A stretch of 64,000 bases of DNA from Candidatus Thorarchaeota archaeon (GCA_003345545.1 PRDH01000003.1:17413-81412), one strand, 5' to 3'. Positions 46,467 through 56,562 are shown, counted from the first letter of the stretch. Notes: generated by a model from the sequence alone, not told the origin. A program made the numbers and translations.

Positions 46467-49306
46467 TGTACCTATCATCGAGAATAAGATCCAGTGCACC
46501 AGAGATTCTTGTTGCATTCTTGATTTTTTCTCTCTCTACAGGTGTTGTTGGAGGAGTGCTTCTTTACGTCGACAGCATAGGGCCCGATGTCTTGGCCGAA
46601 ATGTCCGAAGAAGTCGTTGTCGATATGCAAGTCTACTTCTACTCACCGTTTTATGAGCAAAACGTTTCGACTGTTGAGGCATACAGAAACATAATCCTGA
46701 ATCAAGACTACATCATGGGAGCTGAATCCATATCGTTCATAGAGATAAATGATCCTGATGCAAGTCAGAGCGAGTACACAAAGAGTGCCATTCTGGGAAT
46801 CGAAGAGAGTTTCGAGAACTCATTTCCCAAAGCCATTGAAATGTCTGAGGGCAACACTCCTCTCAATGAAACCAGCTGCTATGTCCTAGAATCCAAACTA
46901 GTGAATGATGGTCTAGCAATCGGTGACAACTACACAGTATCTGTACCCTCAGATGGAGGCACCTTAGAGAAGACATTTGTCATCGCAGGTACATTCGAGT
47001 CCAATGTTTTCCTCAGAAGACTTTCATACGATTCACCAAGATTCTCCTACCTCCACGTCATAATTCTCAGAAGCACTCTCCTTAATGAGTTCTCAAGTCT
47101 AGGGCACTCGGACCAAGACAACATTGTTGATCGGATTTGGGTTAGAATCGACTCCGGAGAGCTGCTGATAGAGGATCCTTCATCAATCCTGACTCTCTTG
47201 CGGGCAACGGAGAAGCAAATCGAACAGAGGACGCTTCCCGATGCTTCAGTTGTTGAATTTGCGCTCGTATCAATATTCTATGAGTACTCAACATGGACGA
47301 CTTCAATGAGAATCATTTCTCTTGCGTTTTCTATACCATCAATCATTATGGCCGTGATGCTGATACAGTACAACTCCAGTCTTGAGTCTGAGCAACAGAG
47401 ACGTAGTGTCGGGGCATTGAAGACTCGTGGCGCCTCTGGCATTCAGGCAACTAGATGGATAATGAGTGTGTCTCTATTCACAGGACTCGTGGGCAGTATT
47501 GGTGCTATCATAACTGGACTTGCATCTGCTCTCATCGCAGGAGGGGTGCGGGAACTTATGGTGTTCGACATCTCTCGTATCCGTAGCTTTGTCATTGTCC
47601 TCCGGCCGCAGTCAATCATTATCTTGTTCCTCTTTTCATTTGTCGCAGGTCTGCTTGTAACAATACCAGCCGCAATTCGTGCATTCTTGATGTCGCCCAC
47701 AGATGCTCACAGTATCGTTGGACGTGAGGACAACGCACAAGAAAAAAAAATGGGCAACCCTGTCTATCAAGCGGCTATAGTGGGTATTTCGGGGCTTCTC
47801 CTCATTCCTCTGGTCGGAAGTCTGGGGTCATTTGCGGACTTATCATCAGGCTCTGCACTAATCGGAATAACATTCATTATTGCATTGGCAACATTCATTG
47901 TCGGGCTGACATTTCTACTTGCTAGACCCTCGGCGGACTTGAAAGCAGGTGTCCTAATGCGAATCAAAAGACACTCGCTAATTGTAGGCTGCAGACTACT
48001 GGGAAGGAATGTTGTCACATTCACAAGAACTGAAATTACCGCTGTTGTATTCATTTCCCTCGTTTTTACGGCTGGTGTCTTTTCAGCTATTGCCGCCACC
48101 TCAGGTAGCGAGCACATGAAGAGCCTCTTTATGTTTGAAGTGGGCGCAGATGTCGTCATCGATGTTCAGCCGGGACTCTCTAATGTTACGCTGGACATGA
48201 TTGATGATATCATGTCCGTTGAAGGAGTGTCTCAGGCAAGTGGATTGATGGCGACACTTGCGAGAGTGACCTATCTAATGGATTGGGAAGGGCACTTGAC
48301 TCCCTTCAATAGGTCGCTGGTCATTCTTGGAGTACAGCCGAGTGAATTTGCGGAAGCTGCTTTTCTAAGACCTGATTTTGCGTACTATGGAGACCCAAGA
48401 GCAGCCATCTCGCTTCTCGGACAATCAGAAGAGAATGCTATCACTAATTTCAAACCCATTGTCGAGTACGACACAGACTGGATAGGCAATTCATACCCGA
48501 TCCTATCGGATTATGTAGGTGTTGAGCTGATTGGGCCATCAGGAAAACACACTCTGAATTGCACGATAGTCGACGTGCTGGCATCGACACCAGGGACGGT
48601 AGCGCAGGGTATCTATTGGGGAACGTCATTCCGAGGAACGACTTACTTGCCTGGTATAGACTACGAAGATCAATTCGTAATGTTAGATATCCGCACCCTA
48701 CAAAAATACCTCAATGTTTCGTATGTCAACAGATTCTACATTGACCTCGTGCCCGATGCCAACTACACTAGAGTCATGCAGCAATTGGGGAATATTGCTC
48801 CCTTCAGTTTTGCGGATGTTTCCTCACCGTTCACTCAGATTGATGCAATCCTGAATTCAAGGGCAGGCGAGTCCATCTACGGAGCATACACATTGAATAT
48901 CCTCTTCTCAGTCCTCTACCTGACTGCAGGAATTACATTAGTCGTCACCATGAAGGTGAGAACACTCAGGAAACATTTCTCCCTCCTTCGAGCACTCGGA
49001 TCTCAACCCGGGCATATTCTGCAAGCCATGCTTGCAGACTCTGTCATTGGTGTGATTCTTGGAGCCTTTGTAGGTGGAATCGTTGGTTCCGTTCTATCGT
49101 TCATTGTCACGCAGATGCCATTGACATATCTCGGGCTGTCCACTGAGGTCTCGTGGGGCAGACTTCCTCTTGTGATGTCTGTGCCGCTCGTCCTTATCGC
49201 AGGGATACTAACTCTGGCCTTTCTGTTCTCGACAGCTGCCACTTATTTTGTGGTGCGAAAAGGCCTGCGGGCGAATATTGCTGAAGATATCCAGCATTCG
49301 GAATAG
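46466..49306 (+). CDS. FtsX/MacB-like double permease B2 (paralog of 39584-42442)
   Basis: MYLSSRIRSSAPE vs MFLLSRLSARAPE; shared PDANYTRV, GAYTLN and NIAE.IQ. Confidence 0.85.
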   Translation: MYLSSRIRSSAPEILVAFLIFSLSTGVVGGVLLYVDSIGPDVLAEMSEEVVVDMQVYFYSPFYEQNVSTVEAYRNIILNQDYIMGAESISFIEINDPDASQSEYTKSAILGIEESFENSFPKAIEMSEGNTPLNETSCYVLESKLVNDGLAIGDNYTVSVPSDGGTLEKTFVIAGTFESNVFLRRLSYDSPRFSYLHVIILRSTLLNEFSSLGHSDQDNIVDRIWVRIDSGELLIEDPSSILTLLRATEKQIEQRTLPDASVVEFALVSIFYEYSTWTTSMRIISLAFSIPSIIMAVMLIQYNSSLESEQQRRSVGALKTRGASGIQATRWIMSVSLFTGLVGSIGAIITGLASALIAGGVRELMVFDISRIRSFVIVLRPQSIIILFLFSFVAGLLVTIPAAIRAFLMSPTDAHSIVGREDNAQEKKMGNPVYQAAIVGISGLLLIPLVGSLGSFADLSSGSALIGITFIIALATFIVGLTFLLARPSADLKAGVLMRIKRHSLIVGCRLLGRNVVTFTRTEITAVVFISLVFTAGVFSAIAATSGSEHMKSLFMFEVGADVVIDVQPGLSNVTLDMIDDIMSVEGVSQASGLMATLARVTYLMDWEGHLTPFNRSLVILGVQPSEFAEAAFLRPDFAYYGDPRAAISLLGQSEENAITNFKPIVEYDTDWIGNSYPILSDYVGVELIGPSGKHTLNCTIVDVLASTPGTVAQGIYWGTSFRGTTYLPGIDYEDQFVMLDIRTLQKYLNVSYVNRFYIDLVPDANYTRVMQQLGNIAPFSFADVSSPFTQIDAILNSRAGESIYGAYTLNILFSVLYLTAGITLVVTMKVRTLRKHFSLLRALGSQPGHILQAMLADSVIGVILGAFVGGIVGSVLSFIVTQMPLTYLGLSTEVSWGRLPLVMSVPLVLIAGILTLAFLFSTAATYFVVRKGLRANIAEDIQHSE

Positions 49307-49592
49307 CTTAAGCGAGCTCGTTCATCGACTCTGCGAGCTGATGTCGCGTGCGAATACAACAGGATTCATGACGCCAGCCCGTGCATCCTCCGCCGCAAGA
49401 TGTTGAATGCATTTGGATTTGACCTTCGCTGCTAATCGATGCAACGATTCAGAGAGAAATGTAATAAAGAAAAGGCTCCGCGAGGATTGTTCCTTCATAG
49501 CAGAACCACTTTTAACTGATAACGGTTACACATTTCTAGGGACAAATCCATTGTAATGGAAGTGTCTTCTTGATATCATATGTAGGGAAGAG

Positions 49593-49895
49593 ATGATGTC
49601 CGAGAAACCACCTGAAGAAACCAAAGCAGCTGTTAAGAAGACGGTCAAGAAGACAGCCACGAAAAAGAAGGCCGTCAAGAAGACCGTGAAGAAAGCGGCT
49701 ACTAAGAAGACCGCCACGAAGAAAGCAGTCAAGAAAGCGGCCACCAAAAAGACCGCTACGAAGAAAGCAGTCAAGAAAGCGGCTGCCAAGAAAACAGCCA
49801 GGAAGACGACCACTAGGAAAAGTGCTGTTAAGAAGACAACCAAGAAAGCGGTTACTAAGAAAACGACTGCAAAGAAAGCAACTAAGAAGAAGTAG
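49593..49895 (+). CDS. Histone H1-like/HC2-like Lys/Ala/Thr-rich basic protein
   Basis: Repeated KKAATKK/KKTATKK/KKAVKK with synonymous codon variation, a purine-rich SD and a strong terminator. Confidence 0.8.
   Translation: MMSEKPPEETKAAVKKTVKKTATKKKAVKKTVKKAATKKTATKKAVKKAATKKTATKKAVKKAAAKKTARKTTTRKSAVKKTTKKAVTKKTTAKKATKKK
49689..49772 (+). repeat. Imperfect 42-bp tandem repeat (KKAATKKTATKKAV x2) inside the H1-like gene
   Basis: 49689-49730 and 49731-49772 differ only at a few synonymous positions. Confidence 0.8.
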
Positions 49896-49923
49896 AGTTG
49901 CTACTTCTTCTCATTCTTTTCTT
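49885..49923 (+). terminator. 11-bp hairpin plus T-rich tail
   Basis: AGAAGAAGTAG-agttg-CTACTTCTTCT followed by CATTCTTTTCTT. Confidence 0.65.
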
Positions 49924-49990
49924 GTCCTGTTTGTGAATTGTCATGATCGGGATCAGTGTCTGTTCACCAGGATCTGAGATTTCTCATCAA

Positions 49991-51295
49991 CTAGGGATAG
50001 ATGCGACTGACAGTTCTGGGGAAGGGAATACACTCTCGAATATGCTCTAGATTAAGCATCCATGTAATGATTCTGTCCATTCCAACGCCAAAACCAGAAT
50101 GAGGTACACTGCCATATCTTCTGATATCAATATACCACTTGTACTTCTCTGGATCGTCACCGATCCGAAGTAGATTATCAATGATCAGCTGAGCCTCGGT
50201 TTCTCGCTCACTTCCACCAATAACCTCTCCGAATCCTCTCGGTCCAAGTAGGTCACTATTCTTGTATGTCCTATGATCATCAGGGTTGTCTTTCATGTAG
50301 AAGGACTTGATCTCCTTAGGGTAGTATTCCACGAAGAGGAAATTACCACTGTCCTTAGTCAAGAACTCCTCTGCATCACTCCGAATATCATCGCCCCATT
50401 TGATATCGATGCCGCCATTCTGGCAGGCTTCAACTGCAGCAGTATATGTCATTCTATCGAATGGAGGGTTCACATCAAGCAGACGTTTTGAGTCTACTCC
50501 TAGTTCCTTCAATTCCGGAAGTCTGTTCTTCGCGACAGCGTGGCACATGTAGCTAATGAGTTCTTCCTGTCGCTTCATGTTACATTCGTGATCACACCAA
50601 GCTTCTTCGACTTCTAGATGCCAGAACTCTGTGAGGTGCTTTCTGGTTCGTGATTTCTCAGCCCGAAAAGATGGCGCTAGAATAAACACCTTTTCCATTG
50701 CAAACAATTGAGGTTCCAGGTGCATTTGGCTAGTCTGTGTAAGGTATGCCTTTCTGCCAAAGTAATCCACTTCGAAGAGGTCGCCACCCTCCTCGCCCAT
50801 AGTTGACACGAACATTGGACACGTAGTTTCATAGAAACCATGCTGCCGCAGATACTTCCGAGAGGCTGCAAAGACCTCATCCCTAATCTTGAATATACTC
50901 GTGAGCTTACGAGATCTCATCCACAAGTGGCGATTGTCATTCAGGAACTCAACACTCTGATCTTCGGTAATTGGGAATTCCTCTGCAAAGTGCAGCACAT
51001 TGAAATCTTCAACTTGCACTTCAAATCCACCCTCAGCTCTTGGATCAGCCTTGACATTTCCGGCCAATGTCACAAGAGACTCTATCAGCATCTTCTCTGC
51101 GCTAGCGTAGCTTTGTTCGTTGACTGCATCTTTCTTGACAACAGTCTGAACCACGCCTGAGGAGTCCCTCAAGACCACGAAGATCATCTTCTTCTGTTTG
51201 CGAATTCGATGTACCCAACCTCTGAGATGGACCTTCTTCCCATCATATCCACCTTCAAGCACATCCCTCACATGTATGTAGCTCACATTAGTCAC
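49991..51295 (-). CDS. asnS: Asparagine-tRNA ligase
   Basis: OB fold LRGWVHRIR, RHLWMRS, EEGGDLF, FRAEKSRTRKHLTEFW, IGGSERE, YGSVPHSGFG. Confidence 0.9.
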   Translation of the reverse strand: MTNVSYIHVRDVLEGGYDGKKVHLRGWVHRIRKQKKMIFVVLRDSSGVVQTVVKKDAVNEQSYASAEKMLIESLVTLAGNVKADPRAEGGFEVQVEDFNVLHFAEEFPITEDQSVEFLNDNRHLWMRSRKLTSIFKIRDEVFAASRKYLRQHGFYETTCPMFVSTMGEEGGDLFEVDYFGRKAYLTQTSQMHLEPQLFAMEKVFILAPSFRAEKSRTRKHLTEFWHLEVEEAWCDHECNMKRQEELISYMCHAVAKNRLPELKELGVDSKRLLDVNPPFDRMTYTAAVEACQNGGIDIKWGDDIRSDAEEFLTKDSGNFLFVEYYPKEIKSFYMKDNPDDHRTYKNSDLLGPRGFGEVIGGSERETEAQLIIDNLLRIGDDPEKYKWYIDIRRYGSVPHSGFGVGMDRIITWMLNLEHIRECIPFPRTVSRIYP

Positions 51296-51388
51296 CACAG
51301 AGATGAATTGGGCTCCCGAAGAGCTTGACATCTATCGCCCTTGGTCTCACCGATAAAAGGGTGACGGCTTGAGGAAACCATTATTCGT

Positions 51389-53302
51389 CTATCTGTATCT
51401 TATGAACCACACCACTGCAATGAGTGCAATGGCTCCAAGAGCCACAAGACTGCCATATAAGATGTATCGAAATGATGTTGATTGTGTCACGATGACTGTT
51501 ACAGTAGACTCAGCATAGTTTCCGCCTATATCATACACCTTCAAAGTGACAGTATGCGTGCCCTCAATGAAGCCAGAGAAATCGAACGCAATGTTCTCAG
51601 TAATCCAGTCGTCTTCAACAACTACATCACCATCCAGCGAAACTGTGTAGTAGTCTTTGAAATCATCCGTTGCCATCCACCTCTTGATGGGTACTGCATC
51701 ACCTTGGGCGTAGGCAAAATCCGATGGTGAGAGCACAATTATTGGCGTGATATCGTCAGCAAGTACTGTGACGAATACACTATTGGCTGCAGTGTTGCCA
51801 CTCGTGTCATTGGCGTATAATGTGAAGTTGTGGACACCGATATCTAGGCCATTAAGACTGATTGTGATGATTGGTTCTTCAGGACTGATGGTGCCAGATG
51901 CAACCTCTGTATCATTGTCGGTAATTCTGTATTCATTGACAAAATCGTCAGTGACATTCCAAGTCAGTGACTTGCCAGTGAGCGTGTAGTAGAACTCAAT
52001 TGGATCTGGTCCGTCAATCAATGGCGTCACATTCTCGAATATTCGTAGTGAAATGATGTCCTCGGCAAAGTTGCTGTTCTGGTCATATGCTCTCAAAATG
52101 ATATCGTAGAATCCAATAATGAATTCATGGAAGGCTGCAGACACGTTGTAGGTGTAATCATATGATGAATTGACCCATGAAACAGAGCGGTTCAGTATTC
52201 CATCAACATAAACCTTGATTTGGCCTGGGAATTCGTCCTCTACGTGCCAGGTGATAGTAACGTTCTCAGCATGATTTAGGATTGACTGGTTGCCAGGGCT
52301 AGTGATAACAGGTGCACGAATATCGCTAGCTTCCGTCGTGAGGTCATAATAATAGTTTCCGAGACCGATTGGGAACCCTCCAAATGTAACAGTCCAGTTG
52401 ACTTGTGCAATAGGGAGGTCAACGAAGACAACGGTTCCATTGGATGGCGTAGTCTTAGTGTCGATTGTTGTGCCATTCTTGTGCATCAATTCAATAACTG
52501 CCCCGACTATAGGCTGAAGACTTGTTTCGTAATATGTGAAGACTTCGAGATCATAGAGGTAGGGGTCACCAATCAGGGGGCCAATCTCTTGGTAAACTAG
52601 TAGTTGAGTGCCATTTGCTTGGAGTAGGCCCCAGTCAAGCAAGTATCCGGCATATGAGCCGCCTAGAACGGATAGTCTCCATATATACGAACCATCTGGA
52701 ATGTCGCTGAAGTCAGCTCTCCCGCTGACAACCTCGACTTGATCATAGATTGAATCGTTTCCGCTATAGTGAATTGAGAAATTCAAGTTGTTTGCGAGAG
52801 CACCCTCGATATCTCTGACTGTGGCGTTAAGATCATCATCATCATTATTCCAGTCTATGTTGCCGAACAGGATAGTCACACTAGCTTCAGGACCATTGGA
52901 CACGATTTGACCAGTCTTATCAGGAGTCAGTACGTCCGCAATATGCGACACATTCCACTTATAGGTTCCAACAGGTAGATTGTAGAACGTGGTATAGCCA
53001 TTCCCGTCTGTGTGACCATCTGCTTCGAGAGTCTTGTCAGTGGCATTGAACAGACGCACCCACGCGTTACTGAGAGGAACTGAACCATTTAGTACCCTGA
53101 ACTGAAAATCATCATCGTTGAAGGCCTGGAGTTCATTGAACACACGCACACTTACGACATAATTCGTCGATGAAGGAATGTAAGGAGACTCGACTAGTGA
53201 TACGTTCATGATGGGATTGCCATTGAAAGCAACTGGGACTGCCACACTTGCCAAGAACAACGTAATGAAGAAAAGTGCAAATGCTCTACTCGATTTGATC
53301 AT
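51389..53302 (-). CDS. Membrane-anchored surface protein with transthyretin/Ig-like domains
   Basis: Signal peptide, TDGNG.TTFYNLP, and three APxI..ITW..D..P..Y repeats like those in 12608-14365. C-terminal TM and RYR tail. Confidence 0.75.
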   Translation of the reverse strand: MIKSSRAFALFFITLFLASVAVPVAFNGNPIMNVSLVESPYIPSSTNYVVSVRVFNELQAFNDDDFQFRVLNGSVPLSNAWVRLFNATDKTLEADGHTDGNGYTTFYNLPVGTYKWNVSHIADVLTPDKTGQIVSNGPEASVTILFGNIDWNNDDDDLNATVRDIEGALANNLNFSIHYSGNDSIYDQVEVVSGRADFSDIPDGSYIWRLSVLGGSYAGYLLDWGLLQANGTQLLVYQEIGPLIGDPYLYDLEVFTYYETSLQPIVGAVIELMHKNGTTIDTKTTPSNGTVVFVDLPIAQVNWTVTFGGFPIGLGNYYYDLTTEASDIRAPVITSPGNQSILNHAENVTITWHVEDEFPGQIKVYVDGILNRSVSWVNSSYDYTYNVSAAFHEFIIGFYDIILRAYDQNSNFAEDIISLRIFENVTPLIDGPDPIEFYYTLTGKSLTWNVTDDFVNEYRITDNDTEVASGTISPEEPIITISLNGLDIGVHNFTLYANDTSGNTAANSVFVTVLADDITPIIVLSPSDFAYAQGDAVPIKRWMATDDFKDYYTVSLDGDVVVEDDWITENIAFDFSGFIEGTHTVTLKVYDIGGNYAESTVTVIVTQSTSFRYILYGSLVALGAIALIAVVWFIRYR

Positions 53303-53444
53303 TCAGGGTCACTCTCGATAGGGGATGGAACCAGCATATCACTTGCCGTTTCTCGCTTAGCGGCGTCGATTTCGGATGCTGCATAAAAGGCTTACCCTAG
53401 TTCCAACACTGCACCAACTCTAGTTCACTGTAGCCAATCTTATC

Positions 53445-53633
53445 TCATGATTTGCTCTTGCGACCAGTCTTATACAGCCCGACGAGATTTAGGACAACTG
53501 ACACTCCCGTGAGAATACCAATGATGAAATCGAGTACAGGAGCTTCAACTAGTAGGAATCTGTCTGCCAGGATTGCGGCTGCAAGGCAGATGCAGCCAAT
53601 TGGCATTAGCCATTCTTCTTTGACAAGTACCAT
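53445..53633 (-). CDS. Small 2-TM membrane protein
   Basis: 62 aa, two helices (DFIIGILTGVSVVLN). SD AGGTGA, with TTTTTTATT upstream. Confidence 0.65.
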   Translation of the reverse strand: MVLVKEEWLMPIGCICLAAAILADRFLLVEAPVLDFIIGILTGVSVVLNLVGLYKTGRKSKS

Positions 53634-53873
53634 GCGGAGTCACCTGGCATACTTCTGATCTAGCAATAAAAAAGGAACCTAACGAAGCAATATTCACAAG
53701 TTATGTTCTCACGTTAAATCCAATGAATGGACAATGCTCCAGGTGGACGGTTCTCATGCGCCTCAATATTCTGAAAATCGAAAGCGTTGGTATTTGACCA
53801 GTTGCAATTACAGCTGAGGAATCGATGCGGAGCTCTTCAAATACCTTGCCCCAAGAAGAACTCGACGGTGCGT

Positions 53874-54710
53874 CTATAATCGCTTTTCAATCCATGAGAA
53901 GATGTCAGCGAGGACTTCCTCGCCTCCAGATTCCTCGAAGGGTTCATGGTAGAGACCGGGATAGAGTATCCAGGTTTTATCTTTGGATGAGATGTTATCA
54001 AAGAACTCCTTGTTCTTCTCAGGTATGAGAATCATGTCATCACCTGACTGCTGGACAAGCACTGGAACTCTGATTCTACTCGCGGAGGCAAAAGCAGCCT
54101 TGCTTGCTTTGATACCTTCAATAGCATATCGTGGTGTTACCTTATCGAACCTCAGAGGGTCTTCTCTGTTTCTTCGAACGATATCTGGATTCTTCGAGAT
54201 TAGGTCGTAATTGAGTCCATTACTGATATATGTCTTGACGTTTAGTTTGGAAAGAAGTGATCCAACAGCACGCGTGGCCTTGCTCACTTCGAGCCTTTCG
54301 GAAACCGAGGGGCACGGTATGATAATCCCATTAATCGGAGCCTCTGGATGATTGATGGCATAGTTGGCGACATGCAATCCGCCCATGGAATGGCCGAACA
54401 GAAACATCTTCTCATCAGGATGACCCTCCCTAAGCTGTCCGACTAGGGAGTGTATGTCGTCCATATGCTCACTGTATCGTTCGACGTGTCCCTTGCGGCC
54501 AGGAAAGGTGCCAAAGCCTCTCATATCAGGAGCATAGAACATGAAGCCCTTCGATGAGAACTTCTCGCCCAAGAAGGATAGAAGGCCGCTGTGAGAGCCA
54601 AGTCCATGAATTCCAAGCACTACTGCTCGAGGAGTTCCTGCTGGTTTCCACACTCTCAGCAGCATGATTGTACCATCATGACCAGAGTAGTTTTCCTCAT
54701 CACCAGACAT
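53874..54710 (-). CDS. Lysophospholipase/monoglyceride lipase (Hydrolase_4 alpha/beta hydrolase)
   Basis: HGLGSHS, DMRGFG, GHSMGG, YPGLYHE. Confidence 0.9.
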   Translation of the reverse strand: MSGDEENYSGHDGTIMLLRVWKPAGTPRAVVLGIHGLGSHSGLLSFLGEKFSSKGFMFYAPDMRGFGTFPGRKGHVERYSEHMDDIHSLVGQLREGHPDEKMFLFGHSMGGLHVANYAINHPEAPINGIIIPCPSVSERLEVSKATRAVGSLLSKLNVKTYISNGLNYDLISKNPDIVRRNREDPLRFDKVTPRYAIEGIKASKAAFASASRIRVPVLVQQSGDDMILIPEKNKEFFDNISSKDKTWILYPGLYHEPFEESGGEEVLADIFSWIEKRL

Positions 54711-54773
54711 TGAAATCACGAATCTTCCAGTTGCAGCCTTGCCTAAGTGTCTTGCGAAGTCTTCGAAATATAT

Positions 54774-55592
54774 TCAGGAACCAAGTGCGAGTAGCTTCTT
54801 AGGGTAATCAATGGTCAATTCAAGTCGTCGCAAGATATCGAATCCTATGATTCCATTTTCTATCAGCCGCCCCCGTGGCGAAACAGAAGCGAGGTCTACC
54901 ACGGCCACCGGCATCTTCTCTTGCACAAACGAACCTAAGGAGAAATGGTCCAAAGAAGCTAGTTCTAGTCTCACGTCACCGCCAATGCCGCGAGCAATAC
55001 CATTGACCGGTTCTGTCCTCAGATTCAACAACTTGGCAAGATCAGGAGTGATAACGCTGCTTCCAGCACCAGTATCAATAACAAAATCAAATGGACCTCG
55101 ACTGTTGATGTAGACAGGCGCACGTATCAGATGGGTATTGTCAATGTATTCAAATGGGTACCAGGCTTTTTCTCGTCCCTCGTCACTCGTCGACGAGTTT
55201 CCCTTTCGCAGCTTGAGGCGTTGTTTCGCATAGTTCAGAGAAAGTCTACAACTCTTGAGGCTACTGTGACCAATCACCCCATCGTGTTTCCCACAGCCCT
55301 TCAGTGCCGAGTCCAAATCGATCACGTATACTTCTTCATTCTTAAATATCATTGAACCTATGCCTATGCTGTCGACACTGGCAAACCTAGTGGGAATACC
55401 TCCACCAACTCCCATAGCCTCTTTCCTATGACCATCATAGGTCGGAATGTCAAGTCTTTCTGCCAATTGGCTTGAGAGAGTGGTTGTGGAAGCGCCAATG
55501 TCGAAATCAAAAGCAAACGGACCTTTTTGGTTTACATAGACTGGGACCTTAACGAGATTCGTGTTGTTCTCCACTTGAACTTCCACTTCCAT
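54774..55592 (-). CDS. Tandem two-domain clan AA (retropepsin-like) aspartyl protease
   Basis: FDIGASTT..GVIGHS and IDTGAGSS..GIIGFD repeats. Confidence 0.85.
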   Translation of the reverse strand: MEVEVQVENNTNLVKVPVYVNQKGPFAFDFDIGASTTTLSSQLAERLDIPTYDGHRKEAMGVGGGIPTRFASVDSIGIGSMIFKNEEVYVIDLDSALKGCGKHDGVIGHSSLKSCRLSLNYAKQRLKLRKGNSSTSDEGREKAWYPFEYIDNTHLIRAPVYINSRGPFDFVIDTGAGSSVITPDLAKLLNLRTEPVNGIARGIGGDVRLELASLDHFSLGSFVQEKMPVAVVDLASVSPRGRLIENGIIGFDILRRLELTIDYPKKLLALGS

Positions 55593-55624
55593 TTCGTATT
55601 ACCCCATTTGAATGATGATAGCAG

Positions 55625-56422
55625 CTACTCTGGCTTTCGTGCAGAGATGTAGGCACTGTATGCTCCGTATAGACTGTCACCGGCTTTCCCGGTGATTTCT
55701 ACATCAACGAATCCTGCGGCCCTAATGTGGTCCAGATACTCCTTGTCAAGTATGGCTCCGCCGATACATCCAGTATATGTGATAACCTCATCGCGTACCT
55801 TCTTTGGAAGCGGTTTTGACAGTACAATATCGGACACCATTATCCTTCCGCCAGGACGTAAGACTCTGTTCGCTTCTCGAAACACCTTGCTCTTATCAGG
55901 AGCCAAATTGATGACGCAGTTGCTGATTACGACATCAATTGAGTCATCTTCTATAGGCATTTCTTCAATGTCGCCAAATCTGAATTCGACATTCGTGATT
56001 CCAAGTTCCTCAGCATTCTTCTTAGCTTTTTCGATCATGGCTGGAGTCATGTCGATGCCAATCACTTTCCCGCGACTGCCCACTTTTTTACTAGCAACGA
56101 ACATATCAAGTCCTGCTCCGCTACCTAGGTCCAAAACGACTTCTCCTTTCTTTAGGCTGGCTAGAGCTACTGGATTCCCACATCCAGCAAACGATTCAGT
56201 TGCCGCCAGGGGCATATTCTTCGTATCATAGCCCAGGGCTTTGGCTAGATTCACGCTTGTGACAACCTTAGATGAAGAGTCACCGCAGCAGCTTGAGGAT
56301 GTCTGAATCTCAGGTTCACAGCCACATCCCACGTTGATGTCTGCCACCCGAGTGTATGCTTTTCGCACTTCTTCTTTGATTTCGTCAGGCTTCATTTCGC
56401 TGACTCTCTTGGATTCCTTCAT
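55625..56422 (-). CDS. arsM: Arsenite S-adenosylmethyltransferase
   Basis: SSCC, FAGCGNP, VLDLGSGAGLD, ISNCVINL, YTGCIGGA. Confidence 0.92.
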   Translation of the reverse strand: MKESKRVSEMKPDEIKEEVRKAYTRVADINVGCGCEPEIQTSSSCCGDSSSKVVTSVNLAKALGYDTKNMPLAATESFAGCGNPVALASLKKGEVVLDLGSGAGLDMFVASKKVGSRGKVIGIDMTPAMIEKAKKNAEELGITNVEFRFGDIEEMPIEDDSIDVVISNCVINLAPDKSKVFREANRVLRPGGRIMVSDIVLSKPLPKKVRDEVITYTGCIGGAILDKEYLDHIRAAGFVDVEITGKAGDSLYGAYSAYISARKPE

Positions 56423-56562
56423 GCAATCACCATTCCTGCAAAATGATATTTCGAGTGGGAGCCATCATGGCATTTTGGCTTTCCGGTCGATACCACAGAT
56501 TTCACGATGCACTGCGCTTCACATAATGATACATTGCCTTCCGCTTCTTTTTTGGGGGTCAT
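56419..56562 (-). CDS. 47-aa Cys/His peptide translationally coupled to arsM (not in ORF track)
   Basis: MTPKKEAEGNVSLCEAQCIVKSVVSTGKPKCHDGSHSKYHFAGMVIA*. SD AAGGTG lies 8 nt upstream, and the stop overlaps the arsM start (ATGA). Confidence 0.5.
   Translation of the reverse strand: MTPKKEAEGNVSLCEAQCIVKSVVSTGKPKCHDGSHSKYHFAGMVIA

Noticed and set aside
49322-49498. 58-aa minus-strand intergenic ORF (MKEQSSRSLFF...)
   Set aside because: No SD, motif or TM segment; likely chance.
49526-49843. 105-aa hydrophobic ORF
   Set aside because: It is the antisense shadow of the Lys-rich H1-like gene (AAG read as CTT/TTC).
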